From: Eledone cirrhosa
Taxonomy: Eukaryota
Length of the DNA stretch: 64,000 bases
NCBI GenBank assembly: GCA_964016885.1
Contig: OZ024741.1
Coordinates: forward strand, 377,084,001-377,148,000
Direction of reading: 5' to 3'
Shown here one piece after another: positions 26,251 through 39,479 of this stretch (position 1 is the stretch's first letter; each line of letters begins with the position of its first letter). The notes under the pieces were generated by a model. That model was not told the DNA's origin and did no database searches. It was given only the letters and a program-made list of their open reading frames with translations. A program made the translations under genes and the position numbers.

Positions 26251-29200
26251 GTCCAGCAAAATGAATGTGCTCTCAATTCAAAGATGAGAAATATAAGTTT
26301 TAAGGAGACTTCGCGGGTAACAAAGACGTCTTGAGTGAAATCCAACGTTACATTGTTAGAATGATAAGATACCCATCTTACATTTTTTTGGTATGTTCAA
26401 AATTAAGTTATTAACTTGCTCTAATGAAATAATATGCAATATAAAGTTACATCAATATTCCATATCTTCATAGTACACATAGTTGCTAACGAGAAAAGTG
26501 TGATTAAGGAAAACGTATATCGTCTATGCAAGGCGATTAAAGATCATACATACCAACTGTTTCATAAACATTGTTACTTGAGTTTTCTATACAAATGGTA
26601 AATAAGTAATTCAGTTCGCATACTATTTATTCAATTCAACAAAAGAGGCTTAATCGTATTACACTTAGGAGGGGATCACTCTGCTCGGTACATTTTATAG
26701 TATATTTCCCATGAAATTAAAACATACATTGCATACATGAAATATCATATATTACAGTAGGCTGTGTGGGGTCATGATTAATCTGTTCGACCCAATATAT
26801 TATATATATTACTAGCGACATTACTATCTATTCCTTCTTTGGAACCATGTTTGACTCGGATATTGTTATACAATGATTATATAATACTGCAATATCCATT
26901 TCTCCACATCTCCAATTTAGCATAAAGAAATACTCTTTTTTGAAGAGAAATTATCTTTATTGCCGTCGCAGCTATTGTTTATGTCTATCGAAATACACAA
27001 ATATGATGAAATTGGGAAATATACTTTTAAGTCCAGTAATAAACTAAAAAATATATGTGTATTATAATATAATATCATGTGGAATTCTGATATACAGATG
27101 ATACTGTCATACCATGGTCTTCACTGTAATCTCGTAATATATCTTCAAGAATTTACAAATCTGTAAATACAAACACATGGGCAATGTAACCCAAATGATT
27201 TGCACTAAAGATGGGAGGCTAATAATTATCGAGATGCTGAATCTATCTAATGATAATAACATGTCAGGTTTTGTGTTTGTGTTAAATCAAACATTTTCCA
27301 CAGAGCCATAAAACAAAGCTAAATTATATGAAATAATATAGCTTAGGAAATGTTGTTAACTATAAATTTAAGAAACATCGTTATTTATTTGCAAATTTAT
27401 TTCATTGCCAACAAATAATTTATGGTTTCTCTGAGTTATATATTTTTGCTATATGCGAACATATATGTTATAAATGTTCTGAATATCAACCATGAATGTA
27501 TATTTCAATATATCTAATCAAGTGAAAATGTGTAAACAAAACTTCATATTTTATAAAATCATAATTTATTGAGTTAAACTTTTTAAATAAATTTATTAAA
27601 AATAAATGAAGATACAATTTTAGCACGTTTATAAAATAGACGTAATACGATTAACAACTAAATATTTACTAGGTAAAAACTATATGTTATGCCAAAATTA
27701 TTTCCATTATTGTATCTGTATTTTAATCTACGTTGCAGTTTTCTACTTTGAGATAATATATTCAAGGCGTGGGTTGTACATAGAAGACTGTAAGGGGAGG
27801 AAAGGAGTACAAGAAAAACAAATATCCTCTCCAAACAGTCTCACATATTATGCTTCAGCTAGGCCTTGTGGATTTGTGTTACATATTGCCTTCATGAATA
27901 TCCCTTCAACTCTCCTCTGAGACATTTTCCATTTTAGATTATCTATGCATATTATTCAAAACCTGAACAGCAAATTAGAATATAAAAATGAATATACATC
28001 ATAAACTCTACATATGTCAACATCTTCAACAAATTTTCTTCACAGATTGAATTTGTTCCAACATTTCATAATCGAAATTTTCAATGCGCATTATTTTACT
28101 AATACACAAAATTATCGAAGATCAAATATGTAGATATAGATGTACACATTAAAATCAGAATTTTATGATTTTGTAACTTTATCAAAAATAACAATGGGCA
28201 TTCACTTCCCTTTTTTCAGATTACCGTGGGACCTAGTAAATTGAAACAAGAACATCCTATCTAACAACTCTCTGGTGAAAGTGTTACTGCAGAGTTACCA
28301 AAAATATTGAACTAAAGTGAGATTGGCATTTCCCTCCTGGTTCAAACAAGAACACACAGCATACATATTTCTAAAACGTCTAACCTATAAACATTAACAA
28401 AATACTCTCTTTAAATATACTTGTAATGATTCATGATCAAAATCATTTAGACATCCAAATTAAAGTAGTCAATTAGCAACTGAAAATTCATACCATGTTG
28501 CTTGAATCCTTGCAATTGAACTGTACTTGAGATATCTTGATATTTTTATATATGAAATATGTAATTTTGTACTTTCATTGTATTGGCCTCTAATAAAGAT
28601 TTCTAAGCAACTCTCAAATAATTTAAATATTAAAAAACAAACAAACAGATAACAGTATAGAAAACTGCAATATAAACAATAAGTAAATGATCTGTTCCAT
28701 GTTAAGAATTCGCCAAAAAAAAAAAAAGAAACACTTACGACGATATTTATAGACATTTCCAATATTCAAATAATTAGAAGAGAATATGCTAGCCAATAAA
28801 TTATATACTAATTTGCCACACTTCATTGACAGAACTACGTGACGTATATCAGTTGACAATCAATGGAATAAGATATGAAACTTCACAATTAATATTCCAC
28901 GTGAGAAATACAAATGTTTTAAGAAATTTCGTATCTTATTAAATTAATAACTTTATCACCAATATCAAATTTGAAATTAAATGCATTTCTTTGTTAAATG
29001 AATAAAAAGTTCAACTGAAAGACCTATGACATTTATTTATTGTTATTTATAGAGTATGAATTGTGCAAATTCTGTATTACAAGTATGCTGTATAAGCATA
29101 CAATTGTGTCAGTGATAATTTCAACAAAATGTTTTAAAATTTCACTAATAATGTATGAACAGCCATCAGTCAACTTAAATGAATGCTTCAGCGATGCATT

Positions 29201-30123
29201 ATTCCCATTGAAACATCTATTGCAGTGATGACAGGCTTTTGGAAAGATTATTCCGTGGTCTAGGGGCGACATAAAACGAAGTTTGAAAACCGCCGTGATA
29301 GAACCAAGATGACAGGTACAGAGAGAGACTAACTGACACATATACAAAATTCACTATCATTAGGTAAAGTGAGTGACAGAAGGAAAGGATAGAAGAAGAA
29401 GCATGGAAAAATAGTGGAGAGACACTGTAAGAGGAAAAATATCGTGGAGGAAACTTGCTGGAAGACTTTCGGAGAGATATCTGTAAGATGAATAGTTAGA
29501 GAATATATATAGAAATTCTATGATAGGGACAGAAAAAAGAGGATGATAGTGAAGGAGGTCGGAATATAGATTGGGTTAGAGATGTGGATAGATAGGTTTT
29601 GTCAATGAAATATCCAAAAAGTATAATTCGTTTTACATGTACGATGGAAGGTGCAGATATGTGTGGATCTATGCTAGATGTAATGAAGGTATTAGAATAT
29701 AAGCCAATTCAATAATTACTGATATCAATTAATATGGGTAGGTTATTTAATGGTTAGGAAGAAATACAAATATAAAATAAAATACATGTATATGCTTAGC
29801 TATTTTGGCACGTTTAATTTACCCTCTTCAATATATATATATATATATATAGAATAGAATGAAACGAAATTTCATTTCTCACTCTTAGTACGGCACTTAC
29901 TTAAATGTAAGTATGTATGTATACGTACATACATATATGTATACAGACGTACAGTAGCATGTATATATATACATACAGGCACACATATATATATGCACGT
30001 ATCAGTTTATAGAACATTTATTATAATGCTCGGTTTGTTCGTTTGTAAACAAATAAACAGCCTCAATTACGCCGTAGTGTTTAGGCAACCACGTCACCTT
30101 TTTGTTCAACACTGACACGGGAA

Positions 30124-30164
30124 CGATGTACTAGTTTCAAGCTTATTAGCTATCGTCAGCACCG
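30124..30164 (-). ncRNA. Minimal type I hammerhead, intact core
   Basis: CGGTG-CTGACGA-TAGC-TAATAA-GCTT-GAAA-CTAG-TA-CATCG. Confidence 0.9.
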
Positions 30165-30361
30165 TACACCTTTCTGCCAGATGGTTGAAGTGCCGTACTA
30201 AGAGTGAGAAATGAAATTTCGTTTCATTCTATTCCATTTATCGTTTTCGGTGCGCCTGGCGGACTGAACTCACTCGATATGCAAATTAGGCTGCTCAGCC
30301 GTTAATTTTTATGAGGAAAGTATATACTTTCGGACGTTCAACCATCTGGCAGAAAGGTATG

Positions 30362-30402
30362 CGGTGCTGACGATAGCTAATAAGTTTGAAACTAGTACAT
30401 CG
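30362..30402 (+). ncRNA. Minimal type I hammerhead, intact core
   Basis: CGGTG-CTGACGA-TAGCTAATAAGTTT-GAAA-CTAG-TA-CATCG. Confidence 0.88.
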
Positions 30403-30618
30403 TTCCTGTGTCAGTGTTGAATAAAAAGGTGACGTGGTTGCCTAAACACTGTACGGCGTAATTCAGGCTGTTCGTTTGTTTACAAACGAACAAACCGAGC
30501 ATTATAATAAATGTTCGGTAAACTGATACGTGCATATATATATGTGTGCCTGTATGTATATATATACATGCTACTGTACGTCTGTATACATATATGTATG
30601 TACGTATACATACATACT

Positions 30619-30706
<88 letters not shown>

Positions 30707-30710
<4 letters not shown>

Positions 30711-30876
30711 TGTACTTTTGGGCCAAGGCCCGCAATTATACCACTGCATTACTGGTACTTTATTTTATCGACCTAGTAAGAATGAAAGGCAGAGTTAAAC
30801 TCCGCGGGATTTGAACTCAGATCGTAAAGGCCAGTAACTCCATGCTGGAAAGCATTGCGCCCGACCCTTCAACGGT
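30707..30876 (-). mobile_element. CORE-type SINE copy
   Basis: Aligns by eye to 12294-12482. Confidence 0.85.
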
Positions 30877-30899
30877 CCAACAGAAGTTCATTACTTTAT

Positions 30900-31670
30900 G
30901 TTTATACCTCAAACGGCACTTCAATCCTGCTGCTTATTTGCACATCAATCCGGATTTGGTGCAGGTGACAGAATCTTGATCAGAGCAAGCTGGAATCCCT
31001 GACAGGCCTCTGGTGTCAGATCATATATCACAGATGTAGGCTAAAAGAGATTTCGCAAAGTTCTTTATACCTCTCGTGGCAGACGGTTCTCTATCTTTTA
31101 CAGTTGGCAGTCATGGCTTCCAACGAAGAAAGAGGTACGTTGACAGACGTAATATTGTAATTTAGTTGGTCCATATATCCGAGTAGTGGCCTTTGCCCAC
31201 TATGCACACCATCCTGGAGCTGATTGTACAACAGTACCATAGATCTGCGGTTCTCAGAAATCCGTAAGACATGATCAGCCCATCTGAGTTGGGTTGCATT
31301 AGAAATGACGCAATTCCACCAATGTTTCACCTTTTGAACCCTTTGGTATTGGCGACCCTATCACAAAGTGCATAGAAGCATCAATTATGTTGAATGGTCT
31401 GAAGACTTTGTCGTTACAGTTGGTGGGAAGCAGGGTTGTGCCATAGCTGCTGTCTTCTTTTCTTTGTCTTTTCTGTAATGTTTTTGGCAGCATGCATTTG
31501 GCGATTTGGACACTGGTGTCAGATTTGATTTCCCTACATCGGGTGAGGTATTCAACCATCAGCGCTTTAAGGCTAAGCCATTCACGCGGACAAATATCAT
31601 TCGCGGATTTACTGTTTGCTGTTTATGCTGATGATGCTCAAAGAGGCACAGGAATTGATGACAGGCCTTA
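30900..31670 (-). mobile_element. RTE (BovB-like) LINE 3' relic
   Basis: QLRWADHVLRISENR..LLYNQLQDG..GQRPLLGYMDQL matches the RTE RT C-terminal LRWAGHV.RM..LYGEL..G.R..GRP..RY.D.L motif. Confidence 0.85.
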
Positions 31671-31900
31671 GTAAGTTACATACACACACACATTTAATCA
31701 GATACACAGATAATTAAACGATCACACATATGCCTATACACATACATATACATATGTGTGTGAGTGTATGTGTGAGTGCATGTGTGTGTGTATATATATA
31801 TACATTTCTGTGACGACTGACATAACAAAATACTGGGGTTGAAACTGTACGTGTGTGTTTGTATCAAATGTTGTCTGTGTATGTTTTATAAGTTATGTTT

Positions 31901-32014
<114 letters not shown>

Positions 32015-34321
32015 TATATAGTATGTGTCCCTACCTTATTCTTTCATTTAAATAGGATACTATGACAAACAATCGATGGTAATGGAGACATACGAAAGCA
32101 AACAAAAATTAAAATTAAAATATATTTAAGAGAAATCGAGCAATATAATCAGGTTGAAATAAAATAGAAAGACAGATTGTGTTTGCGTCTTATAAATAAT
32201 CAATGGAACCTATAATATAGGTGGTACTTGCACGAGAAAATGTAAGCTAAGAACTCCATAATTGTGTCTATGAATTCCTACATTATTTATGCGCAAATAC
32301 AGCCACATATTTCGACGTATGTACATATGTTAACACTTTACTGTATAAGGGAGCGAGTATATTGTTCATAAAAATTAAATGAGAATAAATGAAATTGCAA
32401 CCTTTAATTGTATAATTCACAAGAGCAATTAAATATTTAATTCAATAAATCGAAATAAAATCACACATTCTAAAGAAAGTAAAAACACATAAAAGTATTC
32501 TCATCAATAAATAGAGATAAAATACAGATAAAATGTATTATTTGGAAAGTAAATTTTACAAAATTTCACACTTTTAGAAACATAAAGCGTACTAACAATA
32601 TCAGAATTAATATTATCTCATTGTAGCTATGTTTCACTTCGAAAGTGATGATATCGATAGTATATAATACATAGCAATTATTTTTATGTAGATACTATTC
32701 ACAAATGGTAGTTCAACAAATTATTGGTATTTTGGTCATATGCTTTAATACTGAATATATCTATAAATTTCATAGCCAAAATATCTGTTCAGAGACGTTA
32801 ACTTATCGTCTTATTATATAATATATAATTATGGTGGTGAGTAGAACAGGCAAGATTCATCAGACTAGATTCAACCGCAAATTGCTATTTCAAAGTCAAC
32901 TGAATCCCTTGGACGTATGGAGCAGCCCCCAAACCCCCCCGTCGTAGATCTAGAGTCCATCACAGTCTCCCCCCCCCCTCGCTTTCTTCTGTGGGCGGAT
33001 ACATCTTGCTTTTTCCCTGCTTTTACTCTCATTTATAGTATAGACATTTCCTCTAATTTCCCACACAGCCAGATCTGCACTTCTCTACTTTTTCCCTTTT
33101 ACTCATTACTAAATTCTGTTTTTGTCTTTCTTTTTCATATTTATGTAATTGTCACTGGTAGTTAAGCCAACTTTGAGAGTGAAACACATGTATTGAAAAT
33201 AAACAATTATTTCCCCACCCCCAAAAGAGAATATAAATTATTATCACTATATTCAATACATTTGACAGCGTGTTAGATTTTCAATCCCTGGTGCATTAAC
33301 AGTGTTTGAGTTTATTCGATACTGTACTGCTGAAGAGAGCTATATAATATTAACCAGCATTGTGTGTAGGCATAGATGTATATAAATATCACGATTTCGG
33401 GTTATAACGATTCTAGTAGAGAAAAAGAGGGGATGATTTTGATTGGATCAATCCTGCAATTTTCTTATCTAGGGACAAATGAATCTTTGAAAGTATGTAC
33501 AGAAATTGTAGTATATACTAGTAATAGGATCAGTACGTATTTTATGTGATACAGGATACATTATAGCATTGAAATATATCATTAGTAATGCTCCGGTAAC
33601 ATATTAATGACGATAACTACCAGCAATGCACCACAAGTGAGCATTGTTCAATCGACTGTATTTACGTCCTTAGTTGTACCGGTTTAGTGAGCCATATTTG
33701 TGTGATTAACAAAAACATTATTTAGTTTCCGATGAAATCGCAAGAAAAAATTGAATCTGATCCCGCAGATCTTATATTTTCTGGCAACGAAGATATTCTA
33801 AATAGATTCAAAGATTCCATATTCGTTAAAGGTATATATTTGTGAATAGTATTCAATTGATATAGTCTGTAATAGAGTGTAGCCTTAACGCAATTGCTTA
33901 TATAGTTTCATATTTTTCATCTCTACAGTAGGCAATGGAATGCATATACAAATTCATTTTTATGTTGTTTCTAAACAAAAATATCCATCATCGCAACATC
34001 TACAGAAATATATGGACAATGATACAATTTTCACCCATTGAGTGAACTCATAGAATTGCTATTTATAGTGAAAATTAGATATTGGTATAAGTTATGATAC
34101 TGATATTTAAAATAATTTACTGATTACACAGTAGCTCTATTAATATGTATTCTACTGCATCCGCCAACAAACGGCTCGTTATTGTACAATGTACTGTTGC
34201 ATAATGGGATGATGAACACTTCAATATATCATGATTTTTTCTATATTCCGTAGAGTATACTATATATAGGAGCAAGTTCATCAGCCACATTAGTACAGAA
34301 TGACAAACATTAATGTAATAT

Positions 34322-34442
34322 ACGATCTGAGTTCAAATCCTGCCGAGGTTAACTTTGCCTTTCACCCTTACGGGGTCGATAAAATAAAGTACCAGTAATA
34401 CACTGGTTAATTGCTGGCCTTGTGCCAAAAGTAGAAACAATT
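34322..34442 (+). mobile_element. 5'-truncated CORE-type SINE
   Basis: B box and core present. Flanking duplication TTAATGTAATATACG. Confidence 0.88.
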
Positions 34443-36714
34443 AATGTAATATACGTTTAACATGTAGATCTTGGAAATACAGAATGTTTGCGTATTACCT
34501 ATAGAGTTGGGATTCATACATTTTAAGTTCTATTAAGAGATAATTGAGACCAGATATATATTTATGACGCTCAGGATACGTGTCAGATATTGAGAAGCGT
34601 TTATTCTCGCTGACCAGTAGACTTATTGAATACTAATATAATATTAATATAATTTGTGCAATAGAATATTCTGTCGTTCATGTACAGAAAGTGTTAGGCT
34701 TGACCTATAGTTTATTTCTGAACCAAAGAATTATAAATTGATAAGTATTTCACACACACACATACACGCACGCACGCACGCCCACATACACACGCGCGCG
34801 CGCGCACACGCACAAACATACACACACACACGCACGCACGCGCGCGCACATACACATACGCACACACACACACAGCCATAGATAGATATATATATACATA
34901 ATTATTTAGCTATGTTTCTAACGTTCCATATATTATTTGTTTCTGCGATCTGGATGTTTCATTTGTGCATTAATACTTTTAATAAAAAATTAAAACATTA
35001 AGCTCAATCTCACGAAACTTAGAAAGAAACATTTATACATTATATTAAGCATAGTATCATGCTGAGTGGAGGTGGAAGACAGAAGATAATGGTTTAAAAA
35101 ATAAAGAACAAAGGAAACTGACAGTTTTAAATGCAATATATTAAACTTATAAATTGAAATGTATTTATTGATCAAATTTTCAAACACGTGACAAAAAAAA
35201 AAATATATTAAAACTATGTTTTGCAAAACATATACAGACATGTTACTTTGATTTTTTTCCTAAGTGCTGCTATAAATTGAATTTTCCTCTTCTTTCGTGG
35301 TAAAAAAGAAATCGATTTACATATTGCAATTAATATTTTCAGGGAAACTATAATTCATTTTATTCACTTTTGAAATTATAATCGCTTCCGGCAAAGTAGA
35401 TATTAGTCATACGAGAGATGGCGGTTTTTTTCAAAAGTCAATATTAAAAGTCTTTTGTATTTGATTAAATGGTGAATCCGATGCAAAATATAGAATTCCA
35501 AGAGAAATATTTGAAAGAAGCTAAATAGCATTTTCATGGCTCAATCCATGATTGATTTCATACGGGGAATGTGAATTGTTTAACTAAATTCTAATGTATT
35601 GCAAAGCAAAGTGATAACAATTTAAATAAAATAAATGCACTTTTATTATATAGAAATTGTGAAAACGAAATGTGCCTTCTATTTACAATATCAGAAATGA
35701 ACAAATATGACTGATTAATCGATGCTATCATTATTGCCATTGCACATGAATGACAACATATGAATCAAATAAGGAGAAAATTCAAAGTGTCACTACAATA
35801 GGCATTAGCATTTGTTAGCATTAGGTCAGATTGTCCACTCAGACTGGATCCTCCATAACTGCTATATCTTGAAGTATAATCTTATATAAAAAAATATATG
35901 TAAACGAAATAAAAACGAATACTAGAGACGACATAACAGAAAAAACATTACACATATATTACAGTTATAAGTAATGTTTCATAGTTGACATGACCTACCG
36001 AAATAAGACGTCTTGGCAATAAAAAATAGATTTGAATATAGGAATAATCTGTGATAAATTAATTTAAACAAGGCAAAATGAGAACGATTACAAATCATTA
36101 GATAACTCATTTATATAATCTTTTGTTTAAGCATAATCTTCGATATGAAATTTCCATTAAAATTTACAGCGATCATGAAATTTAATTACAATAATCAAGC
36201 GCACCTCTGTACGTTTAATTATATACGGGCTACATACGGTTTGTATTGACCGAAAAATAGTCAATTAGTTAAAATGAGAATTGTTAATATTGAATTTGTA
36301 AAAATATTTCGATTGTATCACTAAAATAGGCATATTTGGTATAATTAGTTATCATTGATTATATAATATGTTACGATTCGTTACTGCTGCATACTCAGAG
36401 TACCCTCACTAACGGTAATCAGTACGAGATCAAATAGTTGAAAACAAAGGCACCTCATTCTAATTCAGAAGAGATCTGGTATAAATGTTGTTTTAGGGCA
36501 CCGTCGGCACCTTTTTATGCTATCTGTTAGACACACAGATAGAAATAATATACATAGATATATAGGTAGAAAAAGAGATAGAAGAAAGATTGATACACTG
36601 ATAGATAGCTAGACGAATACATAGAGAAATAAAATGATAAAAAGATTGATATGGAGGTGGTTATCAAACTATGGTTTCCCTGTGAAAGTGGTTATCATGT
36701 GAAACTGTATTCGT

Positions 36715-36757
<43 letters not shown>

Positions 36758-36864
36758 CTATATACATATATAACTATATATATATATAACTATATATATA
36801 TATATATATATAAAGGTTTACATATATATATATATGTGTGTGTGTGTTTTGAAACGGGTCACTT

Positions 36865-37339
36865 TGTGGCTCAAAGAAGAGTTAATAAATTAAACAATCA
36901 GAGCTATATATCATAAAACAAGTCTATAGAATCACCAGATGAAATATATACCGTTTCCTCTCCCAATTAGCATAATTAACCATATAAACAATCAATTAGA
37001 CCAAGCTATAAGGATAAAGGTTCCTATGAAGAAATCTCCGATAAATAACCGAAAGCAGCCCTTCGCGGCGGTTGCGACGGAGTATTTATCGAGTATTTCG
37101 ACAGCGTGTATAAATCGACCAGATATACAGTCAACTAAACAGAATCAGGTGTAAAGTAAACTAGGAGAAAAGTGAACATATTTAGCGAAGGGCTGCTTTC
37201 GGTTATTTGTCGGAGATTTCTTCATAGGAGCCTTTATCCTTATAGCTTGGTCTAATTGATTTTTTATATGGTTAATTATGCTAATTGGGAGAGGAAATGG
37301 TATATATTTTATCTGGTGATACTATAGACATGTTTTATG

Positions 37340-37340
<1 letters not shown>
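36865..37340. mobile_element. Fold-back partial copy of a subfamily related to the 684-bp tandem unit
   Basis: TGTGGCTCAA..TTAATAAATTAAA..GCATAATTAACCA..CAATTAGACCA.GCTATAAG is shared with 56814-57110. 37185-37340 is an inverted copy of 36907-37066. Another tail fragment lies at about 37905-37955. Confidence 0.82.
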
Positions 37341-37430
<90 letters not shown>

Positions 37431-37952
37431 TTTTAAAGAATAGAGGTGTAATATATATATATATATATATATGCGTGTAGATAAATCTACCAAAGTAAAC
37501 GGTAGTGTCCAATCCGTATGAAGAACTCAATGTAATCCAAATATAGAAGATATCATGAAAAGAGAAAATGCATTCGAAATTTAACGATAAAAATCTTAGG
37601 AAAACACAGAGTCAAGATGAATTAATAAAAACACTGAAATACAACACATAAAACAAGTTCCTTACATTGAAAAAAAATCATCATTTTACGACGTTTCTGG
37701 GATATATGTGTGTGTTGGTATGTATATCATATTAAAGATCTATGTAAAAAAGTATTACAAATTATCAGAGGAGATATACATACCTTCACCTATATATGCC
37801 ATCTTCAGAATGTTTTTCAATATAAGGAGCCTGTTCTTTGTTTTTATTTCATTGTATTTATTAATTTATATATATATATATATATATAAATTAATAAATA
37901 CAATAGAGGAAATAGTATATATTTTATCTTGTGATTCTATAGACATGTTTTA

Positions 37953-38034
<82 letters not shown>

Positions 38035-38959
38035 AATATATATATATGTAATACGAATATACATATATATATATGTAATACGAATATACATATATATATA
38101 TGTACACTCACACATATATCTATATGTGCGTGTGGTGGGTGCGTGTGTGTGTGTAGTGTGTGTGAATGTGTATGTGTGTGTGTGTGTGAGTTTGCGAGTG
38201 TGTGTGTATGTTTGTGTGTGTGTTTGAGTATGTTGTCTGTCCTACACATTACAACAGTATTTGCATGAAATTACACCAGAATAATGTATATAGCTACTAT
38301 CAGTTACCTTTAGTATTTCAAGTAAACCTTTTTCCTCCATTGTAAAATATGTTGGAAAACATTCGGGGAATCAAGAAATAGATGGCGTATTAATATTTGA
38401 AAAGATACTACAGATCTGCTAATAGCCAATCGTCTGGTAAACATTGTCCGTCCTCTAGTTCACATTCTGCAACGTACAGTCTTTGGCTGTGTATATGAAA
38501 ATGATGAATAGTTCTCTTCCTATGGCAATTGGTACAGTTCATTTAAATATTCCCTAAGGTTATCAGAACCAGGAGGAACAGAAGTGGAAATGTCAGGCCA
38601 CTCGGTATAATTTTATAGGATTGGATAAGGTTACATAGTTTTTATTATTATTGTCTTTATTGGGTCTCTGTAGATTATTATTTTTATCATAAATAGAATT
38701 TATACAAAATTTGAAGAAATAATACGCAACCTTTACATTTCCCTAAAATACAAATTAAGTAGAACTTTGTGAAGACACAGATCAAGGTCTAGAATTACAG
38801 GTTCTTTTGTCATATTTGTGTGTTGTTTAAACCACACACTATCCTTCATTCACACTATCCTTCCATTATCTATTTCATTTTTCCAGCATTTGAGAAGCAG
38901 ATGCTTCAAGTAAGTGTTACAAGTCTAGGGAGAGGAATACCATTAAATCTATGCCACTG

Positions 38960-39088
38960 CGTTATTTTATCGACCCTTTATGATAAAATGCAAAGCTAAC
39001 CTTGACAGGATTTGACGCAGGAGGTTTTAACTGCATGTCACAAAGACTGTTGGCCGTCGCTCTACCGATACTGCCAATCCACCGCCCT
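38960..39088 (-). mobile_element. Diverged CORE-type SINE
   Basis: TTTTATCGACCC..CTCTACCGATACTGCCAATCC. Confidence 0.75.
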
Positions 39089-39479
39089 CATAGTCAAAAG
39101 AAAGAGAAAGTTCGTAAAATGAAATTATAGAAATCGTTGAATAGAATGTATTACATAAATAATATAAGAGATGACGCACAGAATTCCATACAAAATCAGT
39201 TCTTAGTTCACTGATATATATATGTCTTAGTTGTGGAAACGAAACAGTATTTAACAGCCCTTTCTATCATTTCTCTACGATCAGGAAGGGTAATTTAAAG
39301 AATATACGGATTAATATTTTCACGATAATTTAGATATATATATGGAGAAATTTGCTCTTTGTGTGCTTGCAGGTGACGACTATGGATACATTTTGACATA
39401 TTAAACTTCCTTAAATACGATAATCTACCAAAGTTTGCCTTACGAGTAAAAAAGGATTATCATTATAATTTTCATAATT

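Larger units (their letters stand above)
29851..30623. mobile_element. Fold-back pair of circularly permuted copies of the 441-bp retrozyme-like unit
   Basis: Left arm 29851-30189 (minus) and right arm 30188-30623 (plus, about one full unit). Both outer ends lie in (TA)n. Confidence 0.88.

Noticed and set aside
32857-34286. Isolated CTGA(T/A)GA heptamers at about 32857, 33329 and 34277
   Set aside because: No stem II closed by GAAA, and expected by chance.
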